Origin: an uncultured Alphaproteobacteria bacterium
Lineage (GTDB): Bacteria > Pseudomonadota > Alphaproteobacteria > Rhizobiales > Afifellaceae
Assembly (NCBI GenBank): GCA_963761005.1
Contig: CAVXFK010000002.1
Location: forward strand, 31,666 to 95,665
Length of the DNA: 64,000 nt
Reading direction: 5' to 3'
Position numbers and translations under genes: made by a program. Shown piece by piece: positions 9,535-19,604 of this stretch. Below the pieces are notes generated by a model. That model ran no database searches and was not told where the DNA came from. It was given only the letters and a program-made list of their open reading frames with translations. How positions within the stretch are numbered: position 1 is the stretch's first letter; every line of letters starts with the position of its first letter.

Positions 9535-10944
9535 ATGGATCATCCGGTATCCGGGCCTCGAACGCGGGGTCGGAAGGCTAAGAAATCGCGGGCCCGCGCG
9601 CCGGCGAGCCGGGCGATACTGGCGCTTAACGCCTTCGATCCACGGCGCTCCAGAGACCTCGACAACTCGGTCGGAGCGCTGCTTGCGCGGCGGATTGGGA
9701 CTTTCGGCCCGATCTCGATGCTGTTCTACGACCGGCCGCTGCATTTCGTGCGGGGCGAGGGCGCGTGCATGTACGACGCCGAGGGGCATGCTTACCTCGA
9801 CGTCTACAACAACGTTCCGTCGGTCGGGCACGCGCATCCGCATGTGGTCGAGGCGATCGCCCGCCAGGCGGCGCTCCTGAACATCCACACCCGCTACCTG
9901 CATGAGACGGTGCTAGCCTATGCGGAGCGCCTTCTCGCGACGCTCCCCGCGCCGATCTCCAACATCGCCTTCACCTGCACGGGGAGCGAAAGCAACGATC
10001 TGGCGCTGCAGGTGGCACGCGCCGCCACCGGCGGAGAGGGCTTCGTCGTCACCGAGAACGCCTATCACGGCAACAGCTCGGCGGTGGTGGAGATATCGCC
10101 GTCGTCGACACCCGGCCGGCCGGCGGCGCGGCACGTGCGTTTCGTCCCGCCGCCCGACCCGCGCCGCGCTTCCGGTAAGAATGTCGGGGTGCGGTTCGCT
10201 GCCGATGTGCGCGCTGCAATCGAGGACCTTGAGGCGCACGGCATTCGCTTCGCCGCGCTGATCTTCGACAGCATCTTCTCCAGCGACGGAGTCTATGCCG
10301 ACCCGCCCGATTTGCTCAGGCTCGCCGTCAATGCCGCGCACAAGGCCGGCGGCCTTGTCATCGCCGACGAGGTGCAGCCGGGCTTCGGCCGCACTGGCAA
10401 GCATATGTGGGGCTTTGAGCGCCACAGAATAGCGCCCGACATGGTCACGATGGGAAAGCCGATGGGGAACGGCTACCCAATCGGCGCGGTCGCCGCGAGC
10501 CCGGCGCTCTTCAAGACGTTCACCGACGGCGTCGGCTATTTCAACACCTTCGGCGGCAGCCCGGTCGCGGCGGCGGCAGGGATGGCGGTGCTTGACGTGT
10601 TGGAAGGGGAGCGGCTCATCGCGAACGCCGGCAAGGTCGGTGCGCACCTTGCGCGGAATCTAGACGCTCTCGCCGCAAGCCATGAAGCGATCGGCGCGGT
10701 GCGCGGCGCGGGGCTCTATCTCGGCGTCGAGTTTGTCTCCGACCGCGAAGCGTGGGCGCCCGACCCGGCGACGGCGCGCCATGTCATCAATTTCCTGCGC
10801 GACAGGCGCATCCTGATCGGCGCCGCCGGGCCATATGGCAACGTGCTGAAGATCCGCCCGCCGCTTTGCTTCAGTACCGGTCAGGCGGATACGCTCGTCA
10901 CCGCGATCGACGCGGCGCTTACTCCGCGGCGACGACGTAGGTAA
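9535..10944 (+). CDS. Class-III (AGXT2L-like) PLP-dependent aminotransferase / putative phospho-lyase
   Basis: PLP-Lys motif VTMGKPMGNGYP, plus YFNTFGGSPV and NVLKIRPPLCF. The start is uncertain: the first ~30 aa are a basic extension not expected from homologues. Confidence 0.88.
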   Translation: MDHPVSGPRTRGRKAKKSRARAPASRAILALNAFDPRRSRDLDNSVGALLARRIGTFGPISMLFYDRPLHFVRGEGACMYDAEGHAYLDVYNNVPSVGHAHPHVVEAIARQAALLNIHTRYLHETVLAYAERLLATLPAPISNIAFTCTGSESNDLALQVARAATGGEGFVVTENAYHGNSSAVVEISPSSTPGRPAARHVRFVPPPDPRRASGKNVGVRFAADVRAAIEDLEAHGIRFAALIFDSIFSSDGVYADPPDLLRLAVNAAHKAGGLVIADEVQPGFGRTGKHMWGFERHRIAPDMVTMGKPMGNGYPIGAVAASPALFKTFTDGVGYFNTFGGSPVAAAAGMAVLDVLEGERLIANAGKVGAHLARNLDALAASHEAIGAVRGAGLYLGVEFVSDREAWAPDPATARHVINFLRDRRILIGAAGPYGNVLKIRPPLCFSTGQADTLVTAIDAALTPRRRRR

Positions 10945-10955
10945 AGGCGCACCTC

Positions 10956-11757
10956 ATGTCCAAGACGCAATACACCCTCGACGACGAATGGACGGCGGCA
11001 CGCGAACGGCTGACTCAACTCGAAGGACATTTGGATTCGGTGACCTTTGAGCACATGCAGAGGATTGGCGTTGGTGCCGGCTGGCGATGTCTGGAAGTCG
11101 GGGGAGGTGGCGGCTCCGTTGCCAAATGGCTGTGCGAGAAGGTCGGCGTAACCGGTCATGTGATGGCAACCGACCTCGACACCCGTTTCCTGGATGACTT
11201 GGACTACCCGCACCTTGAGGTACGACAGCACAATATCGAGCAGGATGACCTGCCGGAGGGTCAATTCGATCTGGTCCATACGCGGATCGTCATCGTTCAC
11301 CTCCACCAACAGAAGCGGGCGTTCAGGCAACTGATGCGGGCGGTGAGGCCGGGGCGGATGGATTCTTCTGGAAGAGCCCGATCATCTTACCACGATCGCT
11401 GACCCGGAAGCGACGCCCGCCGCGCAGGCGTTGTTCAACAAGGTCTTGGCGACCCAGCAGGAAGCCTTTCGGCAGCGTGGACAGGACGTGCACATCGGCA
11501 ATCGTCTCCTGGGCATCCTGCGCGCCGGCGGGTTCGATTCGCTCGGCGCCGAAGGAAGAACTAGAGTGTTCCAGGGTGGGTCTCCGGAGGTGGAGTTCCA
11601 CAGGCTGACCTATCGCCAGCTGCGCGATCTGATCCTGGCATCCGGCAATGTGAGCGCCGGTGAGTTCGATCAATTCATGGCACTGCTGGACGACAAATCC
11701 TTTGCCTTCAGATTCTTTCTGGTGATGTCTGCGTGGGGCCGCAAGCCGGTGAATTGA
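10956..11757 (+). pseudogene. Class I SAM-dependent methyltransferase, split by a +1 frameshift
   Basis: Motif I is CLEVGGGGGSV. Reading continues in another frame (GWILLEEPDHLTTIADPEATPAAQALFNKVLA) into ORF 11431-11757. The break is at the GGGG run 11351-11354. Confidence 0.75.
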
Positions 11758-11971
11758 AGGGAGGCGGTTTCACAGTGCGAGGTGCCGCGCATGCGATTGC
11801 CCCATGGGGCGATGTTTGCTGCCTGTCTTGGAGGATCTGGCAAACGGCATGATGCGGATGCGCCACGAGCCTATGCAGCGCGCACCTTGCAATTATAGAG
11901 GGCACGCGTCCGTGCCGTCCGCCTATGGATGCGCGTTCATGAGTCCACGACCCTAGAAGTATCGCCCGACT

Positions 11972-12790
11972 TCACGCGATGCACTCGCCGCCATCGACGA
12001 CGAGCGCATGCCCGGTCATGAAGGCGGAGCGATCCGACGCCAGGAACAGGATGGCCTCCGCGATCTCTTCGACGCTGGCGAAGCGGCCGAGCGGGATTTT
12101 CTTCGCCACATAGTCGAGAAGCGCCTGGCGCCCGCCCATCTGCCGCGTGAACGGATCGTTGAAGGGCGTGTCCACCCAGCCGGGACAGAGCGCGTTCACG
12201 CGGACATTGTATTTCCCGTAGTCGATGGCTATCTGCTTCACCATCGCGACCGCGGCGTGCTTCGAGGTCGCATAGGCGATCATGCCGGGATCGTAGAAGA
12301 CGCCGGAATTCGACGAGGTCACGATGATCGAGCCGCCGCCAGCTTCACGCATGTGCGGCATGACGAGGCGCGCGAGGGTGAAATGCGCCCGCACGTTGAT
12401 CCGCCACGATTGATCCATCCCGGGCGGATCGACGTCCTCGAGCGAGCCTTCGACCTGAACGCCGGCATGGCTGTGCAGGATATCGACGCGGCCGAACTCG
12501 GCGACAGCGCGCTCGACCAGCCGCGCAAGCGCCGGCTCGTCACCGACGTCGGTCGCGATCGCGATCGCCGTCCCGCCTTCTTCTGTGATCCGGCGGACGG
12601 TCTCTTCGCCCGCCGCGCGGTCGCGGTCGGCGACGACGAGACGCGCCCCTTCGCGCGCCATGATCTCCGCGCCGGCGCGGCCGATGCCGGAGCCAGCGCC
12701 GGTGACGATCGCCACCCTGTCCTTGAGGATCACGCGTTCCGCCCCTTGTCCGACCGGCAAGATGTGACAAGGTTGCGACCGCAATATCAA
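11972..12790 (-). CDS. SDR-family oxidoreductase
   Basis: TGAGSGIG and YATSK motifs. An alternative GTG start at 12733 is likelier than 12790. Confidence 0.9.
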   Translation of the reverse strand: MILRSQPCHILPVGQGAERVILKDRVAIVTGAGSGIGRAGAEIMAREGARLVVADRDRAAGEETVRRITEEGGTAIAIATDVGDEPALARLVERAVAEFGRVDILHSHAGVQVEGSLEDVDPPGMDQSWRINVRAHFTLARLVMPHMREAGGGSIIVTSSNSGVFYDPGMIAYATSKHAAVAMVKQIAIDYGKYNVRVNALCPGWVDTPFNDPFTRQMGGRQALLDYVAKKIPLGRFASVEEIAEAILFLASDRSAFMTGHALVVDGGECIA

Positions 12791-12809
12791 GCGTGGCTGG
12801 CCGGGCGAA

Positions 12810-13811
12810 ATGCAGTTCGACGATCTTCCTCACGAGCGCCAGCTCGAATGCCTCGGCGAGCTCGCCGCCGCGGCGCTCGATCGCTACGGGATCAAGGCCG
12901 CTGAGCCCCCAAAGCTCATCAATGTCTCGGAGAACGCGACCTACAAGGTGGTCGCTGACCGCGGCGAATACGCCCTTCGCGTGCATCGAGAGGGCTACCA
13001 CTCGCGGGCCGCCATCGCCTCGGAGCTTGCCTGGCTGCAGGCACTGCGTCGCGACGGCGTCGTGATCACCCCGATTCCGGTACCCGGTCGCGACGGCGAT
13101 CTGATCCAGGCAGTCGGGCACCCCGCGATGCCGCGTCCACGTCATGTCGTCCTCTCCGAATGGGAAGCGGGGAAGGAGCCTTCATCGACCGACCATCTTG
13201 TGGAAAAATTCGGCGTGCTCGGCGAGGTGACGGCGCGCATGCACAAGCATTCGGAGAGCTGGCAACGGCCGGAGAATTTCGAGCGCCTTACCTGGGACTT
13301 CGACACAAGCCTCGGCGAACGGCCGCATTGGGGGCGCTGGGCCGACGGCATGGGCATCGACAAGGCGAAGGCGGAGCTTTTTGGGCGCGCGATCGCGCTT
13401 ATCGGGCGGCGGCTCGACAAATTCGGCAAGGCGCCAGAGCGCTTCGGCTTGATCCATTGCGACATGCGCCTCGCCAATCTTCTGATCGACGGCGACACGG
13501 TGAAAGTGATCGACTTCGACGATTGCGGCTTCTCCTGGCACCTCTACGACGCGGCGACGGCGGTCTCCTTTTTCGAGCACGAGCCGCACGTTCCGGAGTT
13601 GCTTTCCGCGTGGATCGCCGGCTACCGCAAGGCGTTGCCGCTGCCGGCGGAGGACGAGGCGGAGATGCAGACCTTCGTCATGCTCCGCCGCATGCTGCTC
13701 GTCGCGTGGATCGGCTCGCATTCGGAGACAGACCTCGCGAAGTCGATGGGCGTCGCTTACACCGAAGCGACCGCGCCGATGTGCGAGGATTATTTGAAGA
13801 AGTTCGGGTGA
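12810..13811 (+). CDS. APH-fold phosphotransferase (small-molecule kinase; hydroxylysine/amino-alcohol kinase-like)
   Basis: HCDMRLANLL catalytic loop and VIDFDD metal-binding motif. 333 aa. Confidence 0.88.
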   Translation: MQFDDLPHERQLECLGELAAAALDRYGIKAAEPPKLINVSENATYKVVADRGEYALRVHREGYHSRAAIASELAWLQALRRDGVVITPIPVPGRDGDLIQAVGHPAMPRPRHVVLSEWEAGKEPSSTDHLVEKFGVLGEVTARMHKHSESWQRPENFERLTWDFDTSLGERPHWGRWADGMGIDKAKAELFGRAIALIGRRLDKFGKAPERFGLIHCDMRLANLLIDGDTVKVIDFDDCGFSWHLYDAATAVSFFEHEPHVPELLSAWIAGYRKALPLPAEDEAEMQTFVMLRRMLLVAWIGSHSETDLAKSMGVAYTEATAPMCEDYLKKFG

Positions 13812-13834
13812 GGGGGCAGCGCAGTCTCCACTGC

Positions 13835-13864
13835 GAACCTTCTCCCATGTTTGGGAGAAGGTTC
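13835..13864. terminator. Perfect 13-bp hairpin between convergent genes (bidirectional terminator candidate)
   Basis: GAACCTTCTCCCA-tgtt-TGGGAGAAGGTTC lies between the 13811 stop (+) and the 13872 stop (-). Confidence 0.65.
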
Positions 13865-13871
13865 GGTGTCG

Positions 13872-14639
13872 TCACGCATTCAACGCCTCGAGCGATTCCG
13901 GCAGGATCTGGCCGCCGTCGACGACGATGGTCTGGCCGGTGATGTAGGCGGCCTCCTTTGAAGCGAGGAAGAGTGCGGCGTAGCCGATATCCTCCACCGA
14001 GCCGAGCCGCTTCAGCGGGATCGAGGCGGCCATGGTCTTCAGGTAGTCCGCGCCGAGCCCTTCGAGCCCCTCGGTGACGATGTTGCCGGGCATCACCGCG
14101 TTGACGGTGATCCCGTATTTGGCGAGCTCGATTGCCGCGGTCTTGAGGAACCCGAGCTGGCCCGATTTCGAGGCGCCGTAATGGGTCCAGCCGGGAAAGC
14201 CGGTGATCGGACCGGTGATCGACGAGGTGATGACGATCCGGCCCTCGCCTGACTTCTTGAGATAAGGCACACAGGCTTTGACCGCCAGGAACGTGCCCTT
14301 GAGGTTCGTTGAGAGCACCTCGTCCCACTGTTCAGACGACATGTCCTCGATCTTCGCCTGCGGAAAGATGCCGGCATTGGCGCAGAGTATATCGATGCCG
14401 CCGCTCCGCTCGGCCGCGGTTGCCGCCATCTTCTCCAGCGACACGAGGTCGGTCACGTCAGCGGCGAAGGCGGACGTATCGCCGCCGATCGCCTTCGCCG
14501 AGGCTTCCGCCTGATCGGCGTGACGCGCGACGACCGTCACCTTCGCGCCGTTCTTCGCGAAGACGCGCGCAATCCCCTTGCCGATTCCCTTGCTCGCGCC
14601 GGTGACGACGACGGATTTCCCCTTCACCGATGTCAGCAT
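13872..14639 (-). CDS. SDR-family oxidoreductase (FabG-like)
   Basis: TGASKGIG and YGASK motifs. ATG at 14639 is preceded by GGGAGG. Confidence 0.9.
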   Translation of the reverse strand: MLTSVKGKSVVVTGASKGIGKGIARVFAKNGAKVTVVARHADQAEASAKAIGGDTSAFAADVTDLVSLEKMAATAAERSGGIDILCANAGIFPQAKIEDMSSEQWDEVLSTNLKGTFLAVKACVPYLKKSGEGRIVITSSITGPITGFPGWTHYGASKSGQLGFLKTAAIELAKYGITVNAVMPGNIVTEGLEGLGADYLKTMAASIPLKRLGSVEDIGYAALFLASKEAAYITGQTIVVDGGQILPESLEALNA

Positions 14640-14670
14640 CTGAGCCTCCCTTCGAACTTTGTTGCCGGCG

Positions 14671-15507
14671 TCAGGCCTCGGCTTCGACATCCACGTCGCG
14701 GCTAACACGTGAGCGGGCGCGTACGACGAGCGTCACCAGCGCGTATCCGCCGAGAAGCACGATAACGGCGCCTATCGTCGCGACCGTGCCGAGAACCGGG
14801 ACGCCGGGCGTATAGCCAGCCACCATCTTGGCATAGAGGAATTCCGGCACCGTCGTGTCGGCGCCGTCGGTGTAGAGCGAGAGCGGGAAGTTGCCCCAGG
14901 AGAGCAGGAACGCGAAGAGGCAGCCGGAGAAGATGCCGGGGAAGAGCACCGGCAATGTGATTTCCTTCAACACCTGCCAGCGCGATGCGCCGAGATCGAG
15001 GGCGGCTTCCTCGAGCGCCGGATCGAAGCTGTAGACCTGGATGGAGATGACCAGCGTCACGACCGGCACCACCCAGACAAGATGCGCAAAGACCGCCGAC
15101 TTCCAGGAGAGCGGAAGGCCGAGCGCGCTGAACCATAAGAGCAGCGCCAGCCCAAGCACCGATTGCGGGAAGAAGATCGGGAGCAGCACGAGTTTTTGGT
15201 AAAGCGAGCGGCCGCGCCAGTCGTAGCGCGCAAACGCAAGCGCGCCGAAGAAGGCGATCACGACGGAGACGACGGTGACGCAGAGCGCGATGCTGATCGA
15301 CGCGTTGAGGATCTGCCAGGTCTCGGTCGCGGCGAAAGTCTTCTTCCACCAGGTGATGCCCCAGCGCGGGACGGGAAAGAGGAAATAGCGGCTGTCGGTG
15401 AGCGAGGCGAGGGTGATGGCGGCGCTCGGCAGATAGAGGAAGAGTCCGACCGCGACCGTCCAGGCGATGATGAGCGCGCGCCATAGGCGCTGGCTGGGGC
15501 CGCTCAT
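14671..15507 (-). CDS. ABC transporter permease (PotC-like)
   Basis: Six-TM MalFG-type permease. ATGA overlap with the upstream permease. Confidence 0.9.
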   Translation of the reverse strand: MSGPSQRLWRALIIAWTVAVGLFLYLPSAAITLASLTDSRYFLFPVPRWGITWWKKTFAATETWQILNASISIALCVTVVSVVIAFFGALAFARYDWRGRSLYQKLVLLPIFFPQSVLGLALLLWFSALGLPLSWKSAVFAHLVWVVPVVTLVISIQVYSFDPALEEAALDLGASRWQVLKEITLPVLFPGIFSGCLFAFLLSWGNFPLSLYTDGADTTVPEFLYAKMVAGYTPGVPVLGTVATIGAVIVLLGGYALVTLVVRARSRVSRDVDVEAEA

Positions 15508-16370
15508 GTGGTCTTCCGCCGACCGAGAACGGTATCGAGGTCAAAGCGGCGCAAAACGAGAAGCACGAGGATTCCGACGACCAGCATGAGGAGCACGGCG
15601 AGCGCCGCCCCAAGCGGCCAGTTCTGTGCGTAGGTAAACGCGATCTCGATATCGTGCGTGATCGGAATCACCTTCTGGCCACCGAGCACCTTGGCCTCGG
15701 CGATGGCGCCGACGGCGAGCACGAAGGTAAGCAGGAAGCCTATGACGATGCCCGGCATCGAAAGTGGCAGCTCGACCTCGCGAAACACCTGCCAGCGGCT
15801 TGCGCCGAGGTCGAAGGCGGCTTCGCGCACCTCGTTCGGCACCATCGCCACCCCGAGCGACATCGGAAAGAGCATATAGGGCAGGTAGGTGTAGACCATG
15901 CCGAGGATGATCGCCGGCAGCGTGAACAGGATACTCTCCGGCTCGTAGCCGAAAAGCGCCTTCATGCTGCCGAGCAGGAGGCCGTTCTTGATGAGAAAGA
16001 GCACCCAGCCATAGAGGCGCACATTCTCCGACACGAAAAGCGGGATGACGAAGACCAGCGTCACCGCCATCGACCAGCGGCCGAACACGCGGTTCAGCCC
16101 ATAGGCGACGGGGTAGCAGATCAGGGCGAGGATGATGACGGTCAGCGTGGCAAGTCCGAGCGACCAGAGGAATGAGATGTAATTGGAGCTGGCGAAGATC
16201 GTCTCGTAGTTCTGGAGCGTCGGCGGCTGCCAGATGGAGAAGGTCCGCTCCGGCATGAAGCTGAAGGCAACGACCGCGATCAGCGGCGCGACAAAGCCGG
16301 TCAGGAAGAGCGCATAGAAGGGGAGCGCCGCGCGCGCGCCTGGTCCTAATCGCGCCGTCCCCCCCGCCAT
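15504..16370 (-). CDS. ABC transporter permease (PotB-like)
   Basis: MalFG-type permease containing the EAA-like loop (EAAFDLGASRWQVF). The ATG shares one base with the ATPase stop. Confidence 0.9.
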   Translation of the reverse strand: MAGGTARLGPGARAALPFYALFLTGFVAPLIAVVAFSFMPERTFSIWQPPTLQNYETIFASSNYISFLWSLGLATLTVIILALICYPVAYGLNRVFGRWSMAVTLVFVIPLFVSENVRLYGWVLFLIKNGLLLGSMKALFGYEPESILFTLPAIILGMVYTYLPYMLFPMSLGVAMVPNEVREAAFDLGASRWQVFREVELPLSMPGIVIGFLLTFVLAVGAIAEAKVLGGQKVIPITHDIEIAFTYAQNWPLGAALAVLLMLVVGILVLLVLRRFDLDTVLGRRKTT

Positions 16371-17470
16371 CAATCGCTCACAAGGATGGAGTCGCCCGAA
16401 TCCCAGCCGATCCGCACGACATCGTCGAGCTTTCCGGAATAGGCCTGCTGGCGGAGCTTCTCCACGATGAAGACCTGCTCGCCGACGCGCACCTGATACT
16501 GGATGCGCGAGCCGAGCGCGTATTCGTTGTAGAGGCGGCCTTCGAGGCTATTCTCGGCCTCTCCCGGCTCCGAGAGGAAGCGCACGGACTCCGGCCGGAT
16601 CACGAGGTGGCCGCTGGTCATGCCGTTCGCCGGCTTCGGCCCGTGGAAGGTCGCGTTGAAGTCGGTCGCGGCAAGCTTGCCGTCGGCAGCCACCTTCACC
16701 CGCAGGATGTTCACGTCGCCCATGAACTCGGAGACGAATTTCGTCTCCGGCGCGGTATAGATTTCGTTCGGTGTGCCGACCTGCACGAGCTTGCCGGCGC
16801 GCATCACGCCGATGCGGTCGCTCATCACCATCGCCTCTTCGAGGCTGTGCGTGATGTAGATGAAGGTCTTGTGCGTCTCGCGATGGATGTCCTTCAGCTC
16901 CTTCTCGAGCGTCTTGCGGAGCTTGTAGTCGATCGCAGAGAGCGGCTCGTCGAAGAACAGGATCTCCGGGTCGTAGGCGAGCGCGCGGGCGAGCGCGACG
17001 CGCTGTCGTTCGCCGCCGGAGCATTGCATCACGTTCTTGCCGAAATAGCTCTCCGGGAGCCGCAAGAGCCGCATGAGCTCGAGCGCCCGCGCCTTGCGTT
17101 CCGCAGCGGCGACGCCCTTGATCTTCAGCGGGAAGCCGATGTTCTCGCCGACAGATTTGTGCGGGAAGAGCGCCAGCGACTGGAACACCAGGCAGGTCGG
17201 GCGCCGGTTGGCCGGAACGTCGTTCACCGTCGTCCCGCGGATGCGAATCTCGCCTGAGGTTGGCGTCTCCAGTCCCGCCAGCATCCTGAGCAGCGTGGTC
17301 TTGCCCGAGCCGGACGGCCCGACGATCGTGACGAACTCGCCCTCCGCCACGTCGAGGTCGATCCCATCGACCGCACTGAAGTTTCCGAAGGTCTTCGTCA
17401 GCCCTCGAAGGGTGAGGATGTCCGGGCGCTCCGTCATCGATGCCGAAACCGCAGCCCTCTCGTTCCACAT
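16370..17470 (-). CDS. ABC transporter ATP-binding protein (PotA-like, single NBD plus TOBE-like tail)
   Basis: GPSGSGKTT, CSGGERQRVALARAL and ILFFDEP motifs. An alternative start is at 17437. Confidence 0.93.
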   Translation of the reverse strand: MWNERAAVSASMTERPDILTLRGLTKTFGNFSAVDGIDLDVAEGEFVTIVGPSGSGKTTLLRMLAGLETPTSGEIRIRGTTVNDVPANRRPTCLVFQSLALFPHKSVGENIGFPLKIKGVAAAERKARALELMRLLRLPESYFGKNVMQCSGGERQRVALARALAYDPEILFFDEPLSAIDYKLRKTLEKELKDIHRETHKTFIYITHSLEEAMVMSDRIGVMRAGKLVQVGTPNEIYTAPETKFVSEFMGDVNILRVKVAADGKLAATDFNATFHGPKPANGMTSGHLVIRPESVRFLSEPGEAENSLEGRLYNEYALGSRIQYQVRVGEQVFIVEKLRQQAYSGKLDDVVRIGWDSGDSILVSD

Positions 17471-17477
17471 GGAATTA

Positions 17478-17509
17478 GAAGGCCCTCGTGCCTGCGCACA
17501 AGGGCCTTC
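17478..17509 (-). terminator. Intercistronic stem-loop between the binding-protein and ATPase genes
   Basis: GAAGGCCCTCGTG-cctgcg-CACAAGGGCCTTC, with one mismatch. Partial terminator or mRNA stabiliser candidate. Confidence 0.4.
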
Positions 17510-17538
17510 GGTTGTCTAAAGACCCAAGGACCTAACGG

Positions 17539-18708
17539 TCACCCGCCGGAAGCCTCGCGCTTCGCCGCCGTCATGATGTCGAGCAGCTTGTCGTAGTCCG
17601 GGACAATGTCGTACTCGATCGAGGCCGTCATCTCCTCTTCCAGGCTGTCCCACTGGATCGCGTCGAGCTCGTCCGCGGTGAAGAGGTTGAAGCATTCCGG
17701 ATTGGCCATCTGCGCCACCGGATTGAAGGTGCCCTCGGCGAAGGCGACGACGTGTGCCGTCTTCGGATCCTGCACATATTGCAGGAACTCGACCGCGAGC
17801 GGCGAGAGGTCGGGATTGTTCACGGTCGATGTGACCTCGATCCACGAGACGCCACCCTTGCCGCCGGCCATAGGGCCCTTCTTCGGCGTGATGCCGCGCA
17901 CGTTCTTGTAGCCGTCGGCGCGCGCGGGCGAGGCGCTGTAAGTGCCGCCGGTCATGTGGAAGTCGATCTCGCCGGCCACGAACGCCTGGTTCATGGTGGC
18001 AATGTCGCCGACGAGCTTCGCGCCCTTGAACACGCGCTTCGCGGTGTCGGTGAACTTCGCCACCTGGTCGTCGGTGTGCTCGACGAAGGGGTCGAAGCCC
18101 GAGATGAGACAAATGTCGAAGACGTTCCAGTCGTCCAATTCAAGGATACCGTATTTTCCGTCGTTGGCCGGATCGTTCCAGAGGTCCCACCCCTGGTCCT
18201 CGGCGGTCGCGCGGCTGATCTTGTCGGTGTTGACCACGAACGAGTAGGGGCCGAAGCGCTGGCACATGCCGAGCAGCTCCTTGCCGTCGTCGCTCATCGC
18301 CCAGTGATAGGGCGGCGCGAACATCGGCAGCATCTTCGAGAAATAGGGCTCCATCTTCGCGCGGTCGAGCGGCTTGATCAGCCCCTCCGGATACATGACC
18401 TTCCGCGCCCAGGGATTGTTCACATTGATCAGGTCCCACACATTGATCTCGCCGGCTCTGAGCCGGTTGATCATCGTCGGGTCGTTGGTGAGCGACTCGG
18501 CCTTGACGGTCGCGCTCTTCATGGCGCGGAAGGGATCGAGCACCTGAGCTGAGTTGTAGCCCTCCCAGCAGAGGATGTTCAGCTCCTTCTCGCGCGCCGC
18601 AAGCGCGCTGCCGGCCGACCCGAAGGCGCCCGTCGCAAAGGCGGCCGCCATGGCCGTCGACCGCTCCATGAAAGTGCGCCGCGTGATCCCCTGTCTTGTC
18701 ATTGTCAT
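17539..18708 (-). CDS. ABC transporter periplasmic substrate-binding protein (PotD/PotF-like), Tat signal
   Basis: Twin-arginine signal ITRRTFMERSTAMAAAFATGAFGSAGSALA. Family-1 solute-binding protein; its size and position head the Pot-like operon. Confidence 0.9.
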   Translation of the reverse strand: MTMTRQGITRRTFMERSTAMAAAFATGAFGSAGSALAAREKELNILCWEGYNSAQVLDPFRAMKSATVKAESLTNDPTMINRLRAGEINVWDLINVNNPWARKVMYPEGLIKPLDRAKMEPYFSKMLPMFAPPYHWAMSDDGKELLGMCQRFGPYSFVVNTDKISRATAEDQGWDLWNDPANDGKYGILELDDWNVFDICLISGFDPFVEHTDDQVAKFTDTAKRVFKGAKLVGDIATMNQAFVAGEIDFHMTGGTYSASPARADGYKNVRGITPKKGPMAGGKGGVSWIEVTSTVNNPDLSPLAVEFLQYVQDPKTAHVVAFAEGTFNPVAQMANPECFNLFTADELDAIQWDSLEEEMTASIEYDIVPDYDKLLDIMTAAKREASGG

Positions 18709-18879
18709 CTCCCGCTTCCGCTGACGTTGCGCCGCATTTTCGCTCTTCGGCAGAAAAGCAAAATCCTTGCCAGAAGTGATGCATGGCGGGCCGCGTGCGG
18801 CAATAGCGACAGCCGACGTTATCTTTGCATTTGCGGGCGCTTGCAGCCTGGGCGTGCGCCGCCAAGCCGTCCTGGACCG

Positions 18880-19575
18880 TCAGTTGAGCCGCATCATCGT
18901 CTTCAGCTCGCTCGACGACATCACCTGGCAGTAGATCATGTTGATGATCTCAAGCTCCTTGTGATGCAGCTCGTCGGACCCGGCGGCGCAGCAATCCTCG
19001 ACGACGATCACGTTGTAGCTCTCGTCGGCGAGGCTCCGGACCGTGGAGGAGACGCACTGGTCGGTGAAGACGCCACAGCACACGACGTTGCGGATACCGA
19101 GATTATGGAGCAGCAGGCGGAGATTGCTTCCCGTCAGCGCGCTGTCGGTCATCTTCTCGACGACGATCTCGTCGCCGACCGGCTTCAGTTCGTCGACGAT
19201 CTGCGAGTCCCAGTCGTCGCGCGGCAGGAGCAGGTCGTTCCATCCCGGCTTTCGATGGCTCAACGAGCGCTCGCGCCCGTGGCGGGTCTGGCTCGCGATC
19301 CGGGCGAAAAGGCACGCAACGCCCTTCGCGCGGAAGCGGGTCAAAAGATCGCGCGTGTTTGGAACGAGCAGCGTCTCCATGCGCTCAAAGAAGGGCGTCC
19401 AGAGATCGTACGTCTCCTGTTCCTTGGGCGGGAGCGAGCCGCGGTCGGGCCGCTTGCGATAGGTGTTCTGGACGTCGATCACGAGGAGTGCCGTCTCCTC
19501 GGGCTTCAGCACAAAATCGGGGGGCTCTGGGGCGTCGCGGTAGTAGATCGAGCGATAGGCGGTCTTCCAGCTCAT
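18880..19575 (-). CDS. Isochorismatase-family cysteine hydrolase
   Basis: LLVIDVQN (Asp), VEKMTDSA (Lys) and FTDQCV (Cys) form the triad. The upstream part of the 491-aa ORF overlaps the dehydratase small subunit and is junk. Confidence 0.85.
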   Translation of the reverse strand: MSWKTAYRSIYYRDAPEPPDFVLKPEETALLVIDVQNTYRKRPDRGSLPPKEQETYDLWTPFFERMETLLVPNTRDLLTRFRAKGVACLFARIASQTRHGRERSLSHRKPGWNDLLLPRDDWDSQIVDELKPVGDEIVVEKMTDSALTGSNLRLLLHNLGIRNVVCCGVFTDQCVSSTVRSLADESYNVIVVEDCCAAGSDELHHKELEIINMIYCQVMSSSELKTMMRLN

Positions 19576-19604
19576 CGATTCCTGCGTCCCCGACCTGACC
19601 GGGA

